IMG/VR virus record: IMGVR_UViG_3300037358_000003
Coordinates: 1 to 64,000 of that record
Length of the DNA stretch: 64,000 bases
Source: a virus
Strand: one strand, 5' to 3'
In this document: one piece after another, positions 39,439 to 51,246 of the stretch
Layout: every line of letters begins with the position of its first letter
Numbering within the stretch: the first letter of the stretch is position 1
Program-made: the position numbers and the translations under genes
Notes under the pieces: generated by a model
Database searches by the model: none
Seen by the model: only the letters and a program-made list of their open reading frames with translations
Told to the model about the DNA's origin: nothing

Positions 39439-40095
39439 GTGAAATTATATTATGATCAAAACGGTATAACGATTTATCATGGAGATTGCCGCGACATTTT
39501 ACACAATCTGGACATGGCCGACCTTCTGCTGACTGACCCTCCGTACGGAATTAATAACGGGACACGTTGGCCAAAACGACAACCCACGCCTTGGAGTAAG
39601 GATTATGATCCGATAGTGGGGGATGATCAACCATTCGACCCTACCCACCTGCTGGGAATCGCCCGCCACCACGTTATCTTCGGCGGCAATCTTTTTAGCA
39701 ATAAATTGCCTGAAGCTAGTTGTTGGATTGTATGGGATCAGAAACGAAATCAACATCCAGACTGGAATACGGCACACGGAGAGATGGCGTGGACGGATTT
39801 CGCGTGTGGAATTCGCATTTTCCCGTATCTGTGGGACGGGTACAAGCGTGATGGAGAGGTGGGGCGGCACGTCCATCCCAACCAAAAGCCTGTGGCCCTG
39901 ATGGAATGGATCATAACCAGGTGGACCAAGCCTGGAGAATCAATTTTAGACCCCTACATGGGAAGCGGTCCTGTAGCAAAAGCATGTCAAACGCTTGGAC
40001 GACGGTATGTGGGTATTGAAGTTGAGGAAGAATACTGTGAAGCCACCATTGAACGACTTGCTCAACCACCCTTATTTTCACTTGACATTTTGTAG
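39439..40095 (+). CDS. N4-C/N6-A DNA methyltransferase (paralog of 36200)
   Basis: TDPPY, HPNQKP, DPYMGSG. Confidence 0.92.
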   Translation: MKLYYDQNGITIYHGDCRDILHNLDMADLLLTDPPYGINNGTRWPKRQPTPWSKDYDPIVGDDQPFDPTHLLGIARHHVIFGGNLFSNKLPEASCWIVWDQKRNQHPDWNTAHGEMAWTDFACGIRIFPYLWDGYKRDGEVGRHVHPNQKPVALMEWIITRWTKPGESILDPYMGSGPVAKACQTLGRRYVGIEVEEEYCEATIERLAQPPLFSLDIL

Positions 40096-40110
40096 GATCA
40101 GGGCCATAAT
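40082..40110 (+). promoter_or_regulatory. Leaderless-type promoter
   Basis: TTGACA-17-CATAAT-6-ATG(40117; 58-aa ORF to 40293). Confidence 0.75.
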
Positions 40111-41939
40111 GAATATATGACCAAGACACACAACACTACAGAGACCACTGACAGCTACAAGGCCATGTGCGACAGGGAGCGTGCCCGCAAGGACGCTCTC
40201 GACCTCCCTTGCGCCATCCGGGTTCGGATGCCCAAGTTCACCGAGGGCGAAGCCCCCAAGAACGTTGGCCGCTACGCTCGCCCCGGAATCTAGGGGCGGC
40301 TAGCGCCATGAAGCGATGCTCTCAGTGTCTTGCGCCGTCTGATGGTTGGCCAGATGGCGAGGGTGGCGAATTGTGTCAAGATCATTGGACGCAGCACCGC
40401 TGTGGCGAACCTCGTACTGAACATCCTGAATGGTATTGTCTGACATGCGGGTGCTGGAACGATGTGCATCCAGGCGCCTGCGCTGTGAGTGACTGCGTCT
40501 GCACGAATCTCCACCTTCAGGGATACCCAAGCAGAAAAGAATACGAGAAGGAGAGACGCAAGGCTAAGGGGCACTACATCGTTCAGGCGCCTCCACCCGC
40601 TAGCCACTATTGCGAGAAGCCGTCTACGTTCTATGCGCGTCCAGGAGAAATATGGCAGTGCGACATCTGTCATCAAAAATGGAAGTTCCGCAGGTCATTG
40701 CTTGATCGGCTCGCGATGGTCCAGGGTGATTGGAGTCCGACACGATGAGCGAAAGTACAGATATTCAGACACGTAGTTGCGCTGAGTGCATCCATGCGGT
40801 CTTTCAGGAAACCGGCTACTCCAACTACACGGTCGAGGGTAGGGATTTCTGGTGTAGCAAAAATCTCCATCCTGACGATGGCTTCGACGCTTGGTACGAC
40901 AGGGATGATCGCTTAAAGTTTGCGGAGGAGTGTCCAGAATACTGGCAAGGTGAACCTATCAGTATCGATGTTGACCAGGAAGAACTAGTGTCACTTAGTC
41001 CAGACCGACGTGCTATTTACGACGAGACAATGAAGCGGGCTTACGGTGACTAGCCCGTCTGAAAGCAACGCTATTCCTTCAAAGGTTTATCTTGCCGTGC
41101 GATCTTGGGATAATTGGGAGAGCGACATTGGTGAAAGATTCCTAGGAGCGTTTACAACGCTTGAAGGGGCTAAGCGATTTTGTGAGGAAAAATACAGAGG
41201 CGATGAACCCGTTTGGCGTGATTACACCTACGGGTCATCTTGGACACTAGATACACGGCGACAGGATTCGATAGATATTGAGCTGACGGAGGTCGGCCCA
41301 TGAGTCAGTGGATCCACGTAGACGGTCATCTCAACGGAGTAGCCAAAGACCTGTCTGATGAAAAGACGCCGGAGGGATCAGAGGGCGGTCACCCTCTTAG
41401 CAAGTACATGGCGCACAATTGGATGTGGCATGCCGACCTGCGGGATCGTGGCGAAGAGGACGCTTCGTCAATTCGCGATTGGTTCGTCTCCCTGTGTCAG
41501 CGAACCCAACCGCATGATGCGGAACTCACCATTGACGTGGAGTTCGGTGGTCGCTATGATTTTACTTGGGATGCGGGACATCAAGACCTGATTCTGGAAA
41601 TCCCACCGCTCTACAGGGACGCACTTGATGATGAGCACATGGAGCGTGAAACTAATGTCTGAAAAGACAAGTATTCAGCCACCCGACGAACTTTGGACCT
41701 TTGACAAGGCTGAAATCCATCACGGCGGTCTTGGACTTTGGGAAATCTTCTTTTTTAAAGACGGACGCTCTGGCTGGTCCCACGTTGAGTGCGTCAACAC
41801 AAAACGAAAGGCACAGCGGAGGGCGCGAAGGGTTTTGCAAGATGGATATCTGTTTCGCCCACCCAAGGAAACAACGGCAGTGGAAACCATTACAAAAACG
41901 AGGAATTTGGGCCATGTCTGAAAAGGATAGCTTTCTACC

Positions 41940-42578
41940 ATGAATCCTTACTACGAGGATTCGCTTGTGACGCTTTATTGCGGTGATAGTCGTGAGATCC
42001 TGCCGTTACTCAAGGCTGACGCTATTGTGACCGATCCTCCGTATGGCGTGAATCTGGACTACGACACTTTTGATGACTCGCCAGAGAACGTAGCAGCACT
42101 CGCCGCAGATATTGTGCCAATGATGCGTGACGCTGCACCAGTTTCGGCGCTTTTTACGGGTGTCAAGAATCTTCACAAGTGGCCAACGCCTGACTGGACG
42201 ATGTGCTGGTTTATGTCAAATGGCATCGGCGTGGGTCCGTATGGATTCTGTACCTGGCAGCCCATTCTGATTTATGGAAAAGATCCGTATGGAGGCAAAG
42301 GATCGCGTCCAGATGGCGTGTCTCTTCCGACTGCAGCTAGAGATATCGTCGGAGGTCATCCGTGCCCAAAGCCGGTCACCGTAATGACGTGGCTGATTCA
42401 GCGGATGATTTCAGACCCAGACGGTGTAGTCCTGGACCCGTTCACTGGCAGCGGATCAACGCTTGTAGCGGCCAAGCAACTCGGATATCATGCTATTGGG
42501 ATTGAACTTTCGGAGGCGTACTGTGATGTTGCGGTCAGACGGCTGGCGCAAGGGTCGTTATTTGAGGCGTTCGCGTGA
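41940..42578 (+). CDS. N4-C/N6-A DNA methyltransferase
   Basis: TDPPY, HPCPKP, DPFTGSG; exactly bounded by sites 41915 and 42579. Confidence 0.92.
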   Translation: MNPYYEDSLVTLYCGDSREILPLLKADAIVTDPPYGVNLDYDTFDDSPENVAALAADIVPMMRDAAPVSALFTGVKNLHKWPTPDWTMCWFMSNGIGVGPYGFCTWQPILIYGKDPYGGKGSRPDGVSLPTAARDIVGGHPCPKPVTVMTWLIQRMISDPDGVVLDPFTGSGSTLVAAKQLGYHAIGIELSEAYCDVAVRRLAQGSLFEAFA

Positions 42579-43538
42579 TGTCTGAAAAGATAAACTTTCA
42601 ACCATGGCTACCTGGTGGTGACGGTGACTTCTGCCGCGGCTTAGACGCAGAGAAGGACGCCGACCCTGAAAAGGTGTTGGATGCGTTTTTGTGGGATCTG
42701 GAAGGATTGACCGTTGCCAAGCTGACGGAGACCGAACGTGACGCGCTCATGGACTGCTTGACGTTCATGCCCATGTTTTCGGTTATCAAGATTGACTGGG
42801 ATGATCTGGGAGAGGATTGTGAGTGGCACACGGACGGGCACGGCAAGCGATGCCGTCCTACTTGGTGGTTGGAGTATCGTGCGGGAGACATCATCGAAGA
42901 CGTGGTGGATCGTCTTCAGTCTGAGTGCTCACATGCGAATATCAACGAATCAGGTCTGTGGTGTAATGATTGTGGATATTCACAAAACTTCAAGAAGGTG
43001 ATGGCGTGACTGAGGAGACTTGTTGGGCCATCCTGTCGGCCTATTCAATCGTGCCGCCGCATTGCATTCTTCCCAAGGGGCACGATGGCAACCATCAGGC
43101 CCACCCGCTTGATGATCTGACATGGGCTAATGATGACCTCACTGCTCGCCAGCGGCAAACGGAAGTGCGGGAGACTGGCAAATGAAACTGCGCTGTAGAT
43201 TGAGACATCATGACTGGCTTAGCCCCGAGCCATGGCACGGCAGCCCGTTTTACCTCCGTACGCGCTGTCGATATTATGCCGACTGCGGTGGAGTTCAGTG
43301 GTTCCCGAGAAAGCCGGGGGTTGGCGATGTCTGAAAATGATAAGATTCCGACGAGGTGGTGTGATCGCAGCAGTTGCCAATACATGCTGCGGGCGGCTGG
43401 CGGAACGTCAAGGGTCTTGATGATGAGGTACGCGGACGGGGAAGGATTAGACAGTGATGGCCGAGAATCCGTCTGGCGTGACATCGCCACGTTTCCAAGC
43501 TATAACGACGCCGACTCAGTCCTGCGGAAGTTGCGGTC

Positions 43539-43919
43539 GTGAGTGAATCCGTGTCAAGAAGCGAGAACTTTCAACCAAGGCGTGTACTGGTCTATGGCGG
43601 GCGTGACTTTATGGATCGAGAGTTCATGGGGTCTGTGCTGCGGAAGCACCTTGAACCGGGCGACGTGATTGTTCACGGCGGCGCACCAGGGGCCGATTCC
43701 CTTGCCGGGGACATATCGGGGCGTGTGCTTGGTCACGACGTTGAGGTTCATCCTGCCCAGTGGAGCAAGTACGGCAAGGCCGCTGGCCCTATCCGCAATC
43801 AGGAAATGCTTGACTCGGGTATTCAGTTCGCCATTGGGTTCGCTGGTGGTCGTGGGACTGATGACATGACCAACCGGCTCATCAAGGCGAACGTGCTCCG
43901 TATCGGGCCAGCGTTCTGA
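43539..43919 (+). CDS. SLOG DUF2493 (YspA-like) protein
   Basis: VYGGRDF, HGGAPGAD, AGPIRNQEML; sites at 43552 and 43920. Confidence 0.85.
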   Translation: MSESVSRSENFQPRRVLVYGGRDFMDREFMGSVLRKHLEPGDVIVHGGAPGADSLAGDISGRVLGHDVEVHPAQWSKYGKAAGPIRNQEMLDSGIQFAIGFAGGRGTDDMTNRLIKANVLRIGPAF

Positions 43920-43967
43920 TGTCTGAAAACCTCGACATCTAAACAAAAGGCATACAATAGTTAGCAC

Positions 43968-43996
43968 TTGACATTCTGACCATTGAGGCGCATAAT
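43968..43996 (+). promoter_or_regulatory. Leaderless-type promoter
   Basis: TTGACA-17-CATAAT-6-ATG(44003). Confidence 0.75.
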
Positions 43997-44849
43997 CTAT
44001 ATATGACCACCACAGAGACAGGGTTTTCCTTCCCAGAGCGGATCATGGTTATCTCCTCTGGACGCGACCACAATGCCCGCAAGACGGCGGGTGGTTGGGT
44101 GCTGGAATGCACCAATCAGATCATCACGCTTGCTCACGCTCGTCCGGTAAACCCTGACGTGGGTGCGGGTGGACGTTGCGCACACTGCGAGGTGTGGTAA
44201 TGATCAAGACAGAAACCCACGAAATGAAGCCCTCGCAGGGAACGCCAGTGGTGTTCACCAAGCAGGGTCGCCAGATCGTCGGCCACAGCACTTGCCCCAC
44301 ATGCGGAGAGGCTGTCGCCAAGGGTGGTCACGGTCCTAGCGGCTGGTATCACTCAAACTAATGGGTATCTGTCGATTGTTCCATCAGTGGGGTGTGTGGG
44401 CAACGTCTGATGAGATGGAGTACACACTGCGCAACCGGCATAGCTACGAGAAGATCGCCACGCAACCAGCGCAGGAACGGACGTGTGACCGGTGCGGACG
44501 ACGCCAAATGAAGAAGGTTCAATGACTCTCGTTAAGCGTCCAGACCTTTTTGATCAAGTTCTCGCAGGCCAGGACATCCACCAAGTGATTCCAGCGGATG
44601 GAGATGTCTTTGCCTTATCCACAATCTGCCAAACGTGCGATCAACTCGCCTACTGGCGGATCGGAATAGCGAAATGGGAACACGCATGATGCACCACTGG
44701 TGGGTCTATCGCTGGGGACACGGACGCATATCGTGGAGCTATTGGGGCATCAAAGGTTCAGAGCCGATCTATTGGCTATGGATTGGACTCGGATGTCTCG
44801 GATTGCTTCTGGCGATTCAGACACTCCGAATCTGGTTGGCGTGGAAACG

Positions 44850-45260
44850 ATGACTAATGCGAACGATTCGCATTTGAAGAGAATCCGGGAGATTCAGACA
44901 TACGACCGTGTTTTAGTCTGTGGTGGGCGGGATTTTAGGGACGCACTGTCGATGCAAGATCAGTTACGACGAGTGATGGAACTAGGCGCTCAGCAATCGT
45001 GCCTACCCACTATCATCAATGGCGATGCAGCAGGCGCTGACCAGTTCGCTGATTGCGTGGCCCAACTATTGGGAATGCCTACTGAACGGTATCCGGCAGA
45101 CTGGAAAACACACGGCAAGTCAGCTGGACCCATTCGCAACCAAGAGATGCTGTCCACCGGGATTGACTATGCTGTAGTTATGCCTGGCGGACGTGGAACT
45201 GAAGACATGGTGGGCAGACTCATTAAATCCCGAGTCGGAATGCAGGTGGTTGGCAAGTGA
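44850..45260 (+). CDS. SLOG DUF2493 (YspA-like) protein, paralog of 43539
   Basis: VCGGRDF, GDAAGAD, AGPIRNQEML. Confidence 0.85.
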   Translation: MTNANDSHLKRIREIQTYDRVLVCGGRDFRDALSMQDQLRRVMELGAQQSCLPTIINGDAAGADQFADCVAQLLGMPTERYPADWKTHGKSAGPIRNQEMLSTGIDYAVVMPGGRGTEDMVGRLIKSRVGMQVVGK

Positions 45261-46162
45261 CGACCGAAAAGCCCAATATTCAAACGAGCAAGTGGCAAGC
45301 GTTCAAGGATGCGATTGGTGGCGAAACTGGCGGATGGGTCGCTGGCGATAACTGGGAGTGTGCTGATTGCGATGCTGGGGGTATCAGTGAAACGGCCAGT
45401 ATCGCACTGTATGTTCACAGGCAAAAGGCTCGCCATTGGAGCGGGGGTGTGGGTGCTGGTGCGCAATAACTCGGCTAAGTGCGGGACGGGCGGCTCGGGT
45501 GAGTCGCCGCGGAGCCTGACAGCCCACACACTTAGGTTTGACCCTGCATTGGGGCCACTGCCGATCGGTTCTAGGCAAGATCCTAAGTGCAAGGCGTCAT
45601 GACCGTGGAAACCCCAGAGTGGATGAAGTACATAACGCCAGACGGCAGAGTGTTTTTGCCTACTGGTAGCGGATTCGCTATGGCTCGTATTGAGACAGAT
45701 CAGTACGGACGTACAGTGTGGTACGATCGTGGCGAAGACGGCGGATTCAGGGTGGTGGAGTAATTGGTCCACATTCAGACAGTCAGGCATGGACCCCTGC
45801 TGCGGCGTCCTGTCGGTTCTGCCATTGGCTGGCTTGTTGCACAATGCGACTGCGGATGGGAAAGTGGACACACCTGTTCTCAACTACAAGCGATTGAGTG
45901 GTATGGCGATCACCGAGCGGAGATGGGATTGACTGATGCTCCGACCAATATCTGCGAATGTCCCGAAGGGATATGTGTCGCATGGGAACCATTGAGCAGG
46001 TGTCGCGAATGGCGATCTTGAGACGTTGGCACCAATGTTCGGCTAAGTGTACGATGTCTGGTGTTCATTACCAGTGCGAGCGGTTTCGCGGGCATTCGGG
46101 GACGTTGCACTATTCGCTGATGGGTCGCTTGGATATGGTTCAGTGGCCAGACGGGTGGGACA

Positions 46163-46909
46163 ATGGCTGAATGGAATTTTCGATTACGCGCCAAATTGGA
46201 TGACGGCGGAAATGTGTCCAAAATGGTCACGGAGTCACTAGAAAAAGATTGGGCCGAGTGGGACGCCGAACATCCGTACGAGCCACATCCGCGCGACTCC
46301 AGTGGTGGGTCGGCACATGATGCACATGGAGATTCGGTTGACTTGCACCATGACGTGCCGTCAACCGTCAGCGGCGGCGTCAAGTTAGAGGGTCCAGGGT
46401 GGACGAAAGAAGCCGCAGACAATACGCAGTCTGGCATTGATCGAGTTCAATCAGCTTTTCCTGATGCGCCCAAGTTGGACAACGTGCGTGTTGTGCCTGA
46501 CCAACAGGCGACTGGCAATAAATCTAATACCAACATTACGGTAAGTCCTCAATTTATCGACGGCATGACTGCTCGTGATAAGGATTTCGCTGGACTAGAA
46601 GTACATGGTGGTCAAGAGGGAATCATCGTTCACGAATACGGACACGTGTTGGACAGCAATCTTGGGCGTGATCACCCGGACGAAGCGAAACAATTAACTG
46701 CCTACCTCAATGAAAAGATGGATGTCCCTGGACTGGGTACGATAACCAGGCTTCAGGATGGACTCGGTGCTCCTAGTGCGTATGGTGCAGAAAACAGATA
46801 CGAATACGTGGCTGAAGCACTGTCTGACTCCATATTTAATGGTGACAACGCTAAACCAACGAGTCAGGCTGTTGCCGCAATCTTCCATCAAGCGTATGGT
46901 GGATCGTGA
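46163..46909 (+). CDS. Zincin-like metallopeptidase-domain protein
   Basis: VHEYGH plus SAYGAENRYEYVAEA; N-terminal HPRDSSG motif. Confidence 0.65.
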   Translation: MAEWNFRLRAKLDDGGNVSKMVTESLEKDWAEWDAEHPYEPHPRDSSGGSAHDAHGDSVDLHHDVPSTVSGGVKLEGPGWTKEAADNTQSGIDRVQSAFPDAPKLDNVRVVPDQQATGNKSNTNITVSPQFIDGMTARDKDFAGLEVHGGQEGIIVHEYGHVLDSNLGRDHPDEAKQLTAYLNEKMDVPGLGTITRLQDGLGAPSAYGAENRYEYVAEALSDSIFNGDNAKPTSQAVAAIFHQAYGGS

Positions 46910-47746
46910 CCACGGGTCCAGCGTGGCCGCGCTATTGGGACAATAGCGATCCTCAAATTGTGGAAGCGATGGCGGAACTGGATCGTATCAAGGCTGGTCG
47001 GATGACATTGGACCAGCTGCAAAACGTCGTTAGGCTTTTCACTGGTTCCAGAAGTCAGGCGAACGAAAAGTGGGCGCTGGCGTGTCAAAAAGAACTAGAA
47101 AAGAGGCGTGTATAGAGATGTCGTGTCCTCATTTTCCAAACCTCAGAGCTTTGGCCAGCAGTGCTAGGTTCTACGACTTTGAAAGTTCTCAACAGGAACT
47201 CAAGGACGTTGTGCAATGGATTGATGCTAGTCAAGACCTACTAGACGCCGTAGGCGATGAGATGATGACACTGCGAATGGATTCCATGTTCGATGAGGTT
47301 GTGGATGCTTACGATCGCATTTCTGCGTTGGCGAAGATAGTCGGCACGTGACTAATGCCACCATATCGTTTCGTATCCGTGTATTATGAGAGCGCAATGA
47401 GTTCTGACGTGACAAATATCACCTGCGAACCATGTGCTGATAGCTACCACGAACTGTGTAACCGCGACTACTGCGCCTGCTCCAAGGACGGACATTTGAT
47501 GAGTGAAAACGATACAGCAATGCTTCGCAGACAGTGTGTTATGTCGCGAGGTGCCTATAAGGCGTTTGGCACGCTGGTGTTTACTCCGGATCAGGGGATT
47601 GCCCTGTGTGATGAGACTGACCATCTTCGATCACGACTAGCTGTCAATGACATATCCTATTGGCCCCTGGGATCTGAAGATCCTCCGGATGATCACGAAT
47701 GCGACGTGCATGGAATGTTCGTTGGTCAATGCACCTCAGAGTGTGG

Positions 47747-48073
47747 ATGAGACCTACTCTGACCATAGATCCTGGGTTGCAGTTTGGTGCGGTCTGCCTG
47801 ACGAACACCAGAGTTCCGGCAGATGCTGTCGCTGGCTGCGTGTTCGCTGGCGATTCGGTTGACTCGACCGCAGAGAACTACGGCACAGACAGGAATAGCG
47901 TCTTACTGGCATGTTGGTACGAAATCGAGCGATCACGGAGGATTCCCAAGTCTTACCGAACATCACGCGAACGAGACATGGTGAAGCGGTTCGGAAACTG
48001 GGCGACGCAAGTATTCGCCAGCTTGGCTGAGTATGATGGGCATCCTGATCCGTGGGACTTGAAGGAAAGTTGA
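47747..48073 (+). CDS. DUF433-like protein
   Basis: IDPGLQFGAVCLTNTRVP..AGDSVDSTAENYG. Confidence 0.7.
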   Translation: MRPTLTIDPGLQFGAVCLTNTRVPADAVAGCVFAGDSVDSTAENYGTDRNSVLLACWYEIERSRRIPKSYRTSRERDMVKRFGNWATQVFASLAEYDGHPDPWDLKES

Positions 48074-48484
48074 TATGTCTGAAAGTTCAGGTATTACGAC
48101 AACGCTGCATGACGACTTCAAACCAGACGCATCCCATCCGATAACTGTAGGCGAACTGATCGTGAAACTGAGTGCGTTGCCGTTTGACGCTAGCGTCCTT
48201 GTCTGTCCGTGGGAAGGTCACACCGCGTGTAGCTCCGTGACTGGCGTTGAGTATGACGATCATCACGTATTGCTGGAATCGGTCAAACCGTGAATCCACC
48301 TACGCTTTGGGCCAGTGAGAAGGATTGGAACCGAGTCCTGCGGAGAATGAATCGCATGGTGCGCCGACAGGAACGATGGTTGCGTCGCCGTACTCGTGGT
48401 CCTGTCATCACAATGACGTGGGAGCAGTGGGATAGCCTTCTGACCTGCACAAATACAAAAACCTAGAAATCTTTGGAAAATGTA

Positions 48485-48513
48485 TTGACATCTGCATGCG
48501 AGAAGCGCATAAT
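48485..48513 (+). promoter_or_regulatory. Promoter of the candidate ncRNA
   Basis: TTGACA-17-CATAAT with no ATG following. Confidence 0.7.
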
Positions 48514-48520
48514 GGGTTTT

Positions 48521-48751
48521 GTAAGGAAGTCGGTACCCAGGAGGTGCCCTCGCAAGTAAGCAGGTGAAGCGCCCTACGGCACTTAAGCACCGAGAGAAGT
48601 TTCTCGGATGAGCAGTGTTTATGAAGGTGGTGGATGCTGAACGGTAAGGGGAGCGAACTTGGAGAACGACCTGAAGAATCATTAGGGTAAGCTCGGAGTG
48701 GCCACGATGAGCCTAGAGTAAATGATTCGGACGGTCGGACCACTTCCTTAC
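48521..48751 (+). ncRNA. Candidate structured ncRNA (~231 nt)
   Basis: Terminal stem GTAAGGAAGT/ACTTCCTTAC and several nested stems; starts at the predicted +1. Confidence 0.6.
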
Positions 48752-49307
48752 GCTTTGCGTTACTGGAGGTTTTGTGAAGACTCGCAATCCACGGATCAAG
48801 ATTGAGAACTACGGCACAGAAAACTGGCGCACAGAGTGTCAAGATGATTGTGGCGACTGGGCGATTACCGGCCCACCCTACGCAACCAAAACGGAGGCAC
48901 TGTCAATGGTGTCCGAACTTGAGGAGACGTACTTCCAATGACGGACCTATCGCCATTTGAGGCTGCTGAGATCGCATTTGACAAGGCGCTGGCAAATGAC
49001 CGAGTGGCGTCAGCGCAACGCTTAGAAACGATTCTAGGCGGCAATGGCGAGTATTCTGCGCACGTAGCGTTTGAATTGTGGCAACAGGAAATGACCACGC
49101 TCGGATTTGCCAAAAACGCGCACGATGCCACTGACGAATCTGGCTGGTAATGTACTGCCCGAAATGCGGTCACCTCATGGGGCACGAAGAGGATTGCGTC
49201 CACACTGAGCGGTGGGACGAGTGGCCAGACAGAGAAGTCACGGTTCTACAACGAGACGAATCCGGCACCGTTGCCATAATCCACGGCAAAGATGCAGGTC
49301 AGAGTAG

Positions 49308-49335
49308 TTGACATATTCGCATAAAAGCGCATAAT
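49308..49335 (+). promoter_or_regulatory. Leaderless-type promoter
   Basis: TTGACA-16-CATAAT-6-ATG(49342). Confidence 0.7.
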
Positions 49336-50829
49336 AGAGATATGACCACCACCCAAACCACCGAAGCCCTTCAAATCCCCACCTACAGCGGCGTCATCAC
49401 CATTGAGTCGGGTGCTGCCCACCTGACCTCCAACGGTCGCCACGTGGGGTTCATTGACCTCACCACCCCCATCACCCACGCCGACCACGGCGACTGGGTT
49501 GCCGTTGCCCACAACTCCACCGGCGCCTTCCGCGTCTCAATGACCGAGTTGGCAGCGGTCATTCTTTCTCAGGCCCTTCACCTGGAGATGGGGGCGTGAG
49601 GTCCGAGGCTGATCAAATAGCGTTTCTAAACGATTGTTTAAACAAGGTGGACGCTACGGTGGAGAGAATCACGATGGAGCGAGACAAATGGCGACGACTG
49701 CTGGTGGATGCCGTAGGTGAAGACGTGGCCGAGATGAAGTACCGTTCGGATGCTTGAGATCCCAACCAGTCGGTGGGATGAACATGATGGGTCCGTAGAG
49801 TACGGATGGCGAAGTGACCACGGTATTGCATACATCGGTAGCCGAGAAAACGTGGTTGGGTGGGCTGCTGGACTCACTGACCATATCGTGGCCCTTGTGC
49901 CGCTGGCCGAGTACGATCAGATGATGAACGAGAGATGGCAGGACGACTGTGAGTGTGGCCATGGACGCTGGCAACACCGCCCCAAGTGCGGAGCGTGGCC
50001 CGTTGATCCAGCGTGTGGATGCGCGGAGTTTCGGGAGGTCATCATTACTGATGACTGAGATCCCAGACCGCGCACTCAACTACATGCCAGATATTCCGAT
50101 TCCGGTCGATTTTCGACACAAATCCGAAGTGTCTGCATGTAGTCACGATGAAGTGATCCAAGTGAACGTAGGCATTTGGAAGTGTCAAGATTGTTCTGTT
50201 CCGTTTGTCCCGGGCCAGACAGAAGAACTACCGTGGTACCAATGCCCGATCCACCCGGATCTTCTATGTTCACTTCATGATAACTACTGTATTCATTTCA
50301 ACGGAGAGGGCGGACCTGGGTGCGATTGCGCGTTGCCTCGCCGTCTGGCCGAGCATGTCGGGAATCTACGTGCAGAGCCGTTCGGCACCCCCGACCAACC
50401 CGAAGGCGATCCTGATTGGGGTCCACATCGTGTCTGAAATCCCAGACGGGGCACGGGAGAAAATGGCACGATGGCTATGCGACCGCAGTAGCCTCTCATT
50501 CGATGATTGCAGTGTTAGTGAGCAGGAGAAGTGGTTGTGGGAGGCAGAGTTCACGATCTGCAAGGTACTAAGGTTGTGCGATGAATTCTGAGGTCCAGTT
50601 CGTCGGGTTTCATCTGGACTTCTTTGTTGGCGAGCGCGTCACCGTGCGTATAGAATCAAATGGAGATGTCAGATATGTAGGGGGTGCCGTGACATCTAAG
50701 TCCGTTGACGGGAACTACTGGACGACGAGTGTAGATTGCGACGATGGATCGTCTGTGGATGTTCGTGAGTACGTCGTCATGGCACCCCGTGTCTGAAATG
50801 TCTACTATTAGTGCAAGTTGTCCACAGGG

Positions 50830-50858
50830 TTGACAGTTGGGGATTAAAGGCGCATAAT
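50830..50858 (+). promoter_or_regulatory. Leaderless-type promoter
   Basis: TTGACA-17-CATAAT-6-ATG(50865). Confidence 0.75.
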
Positions 50859-51246
50859 CCATATATGACCATTACAGACATCCCCATCTACCTGCGTAAC
50901 CCAATTCACCGCCCAGTCCATGAGATCGTTCCGATCCCAGGCCATTCGCGTGACGAGTACGGCTCCGGTCGGGCCAACTCCATCTGCGGTTGGTGCCACA
51001 GAGCGTCCGGCGTCTACAAGGACATTCAGACCTGCATCGACAGACTGGTAGAGCACCACCTGAACGACTGCGACGGAGAGCAGGTGCCCAGCGTCATGAT
51101 CGTGGGTCCGCCCGACTCCCGCAGGTCCGAATTCGCTCCCAACTACGAGATCGTGGACGGTCACGCCTGCCACATCAGTTGGTGCAGGGCATTCAACGAC
51201 TTTTACCCGCACGTCGGGGACGCCTACAACAGCTACGCCTAGCATT

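Noticed and set aside
33470-50450. GTCTGA..CAGAC variants with short or no spacer (~33470, ~50431) and lone GAAA half-sites (9526, 24488, 48060)
   Set aside because: They do not fit the N8 geometry and may reflect Ser-Glu/Ser-Asp codons; excluded from the count.
37561-50870. GCGCATAA-N6-TATG resembles the XerC arm of enterobacterial dif
   Set aside because: Spacing is one base short, there is no XerD arm, and every copy has TTGACA 16-17 nt upstream and usually ATG 6 nt downstream; a promoter explains it better.
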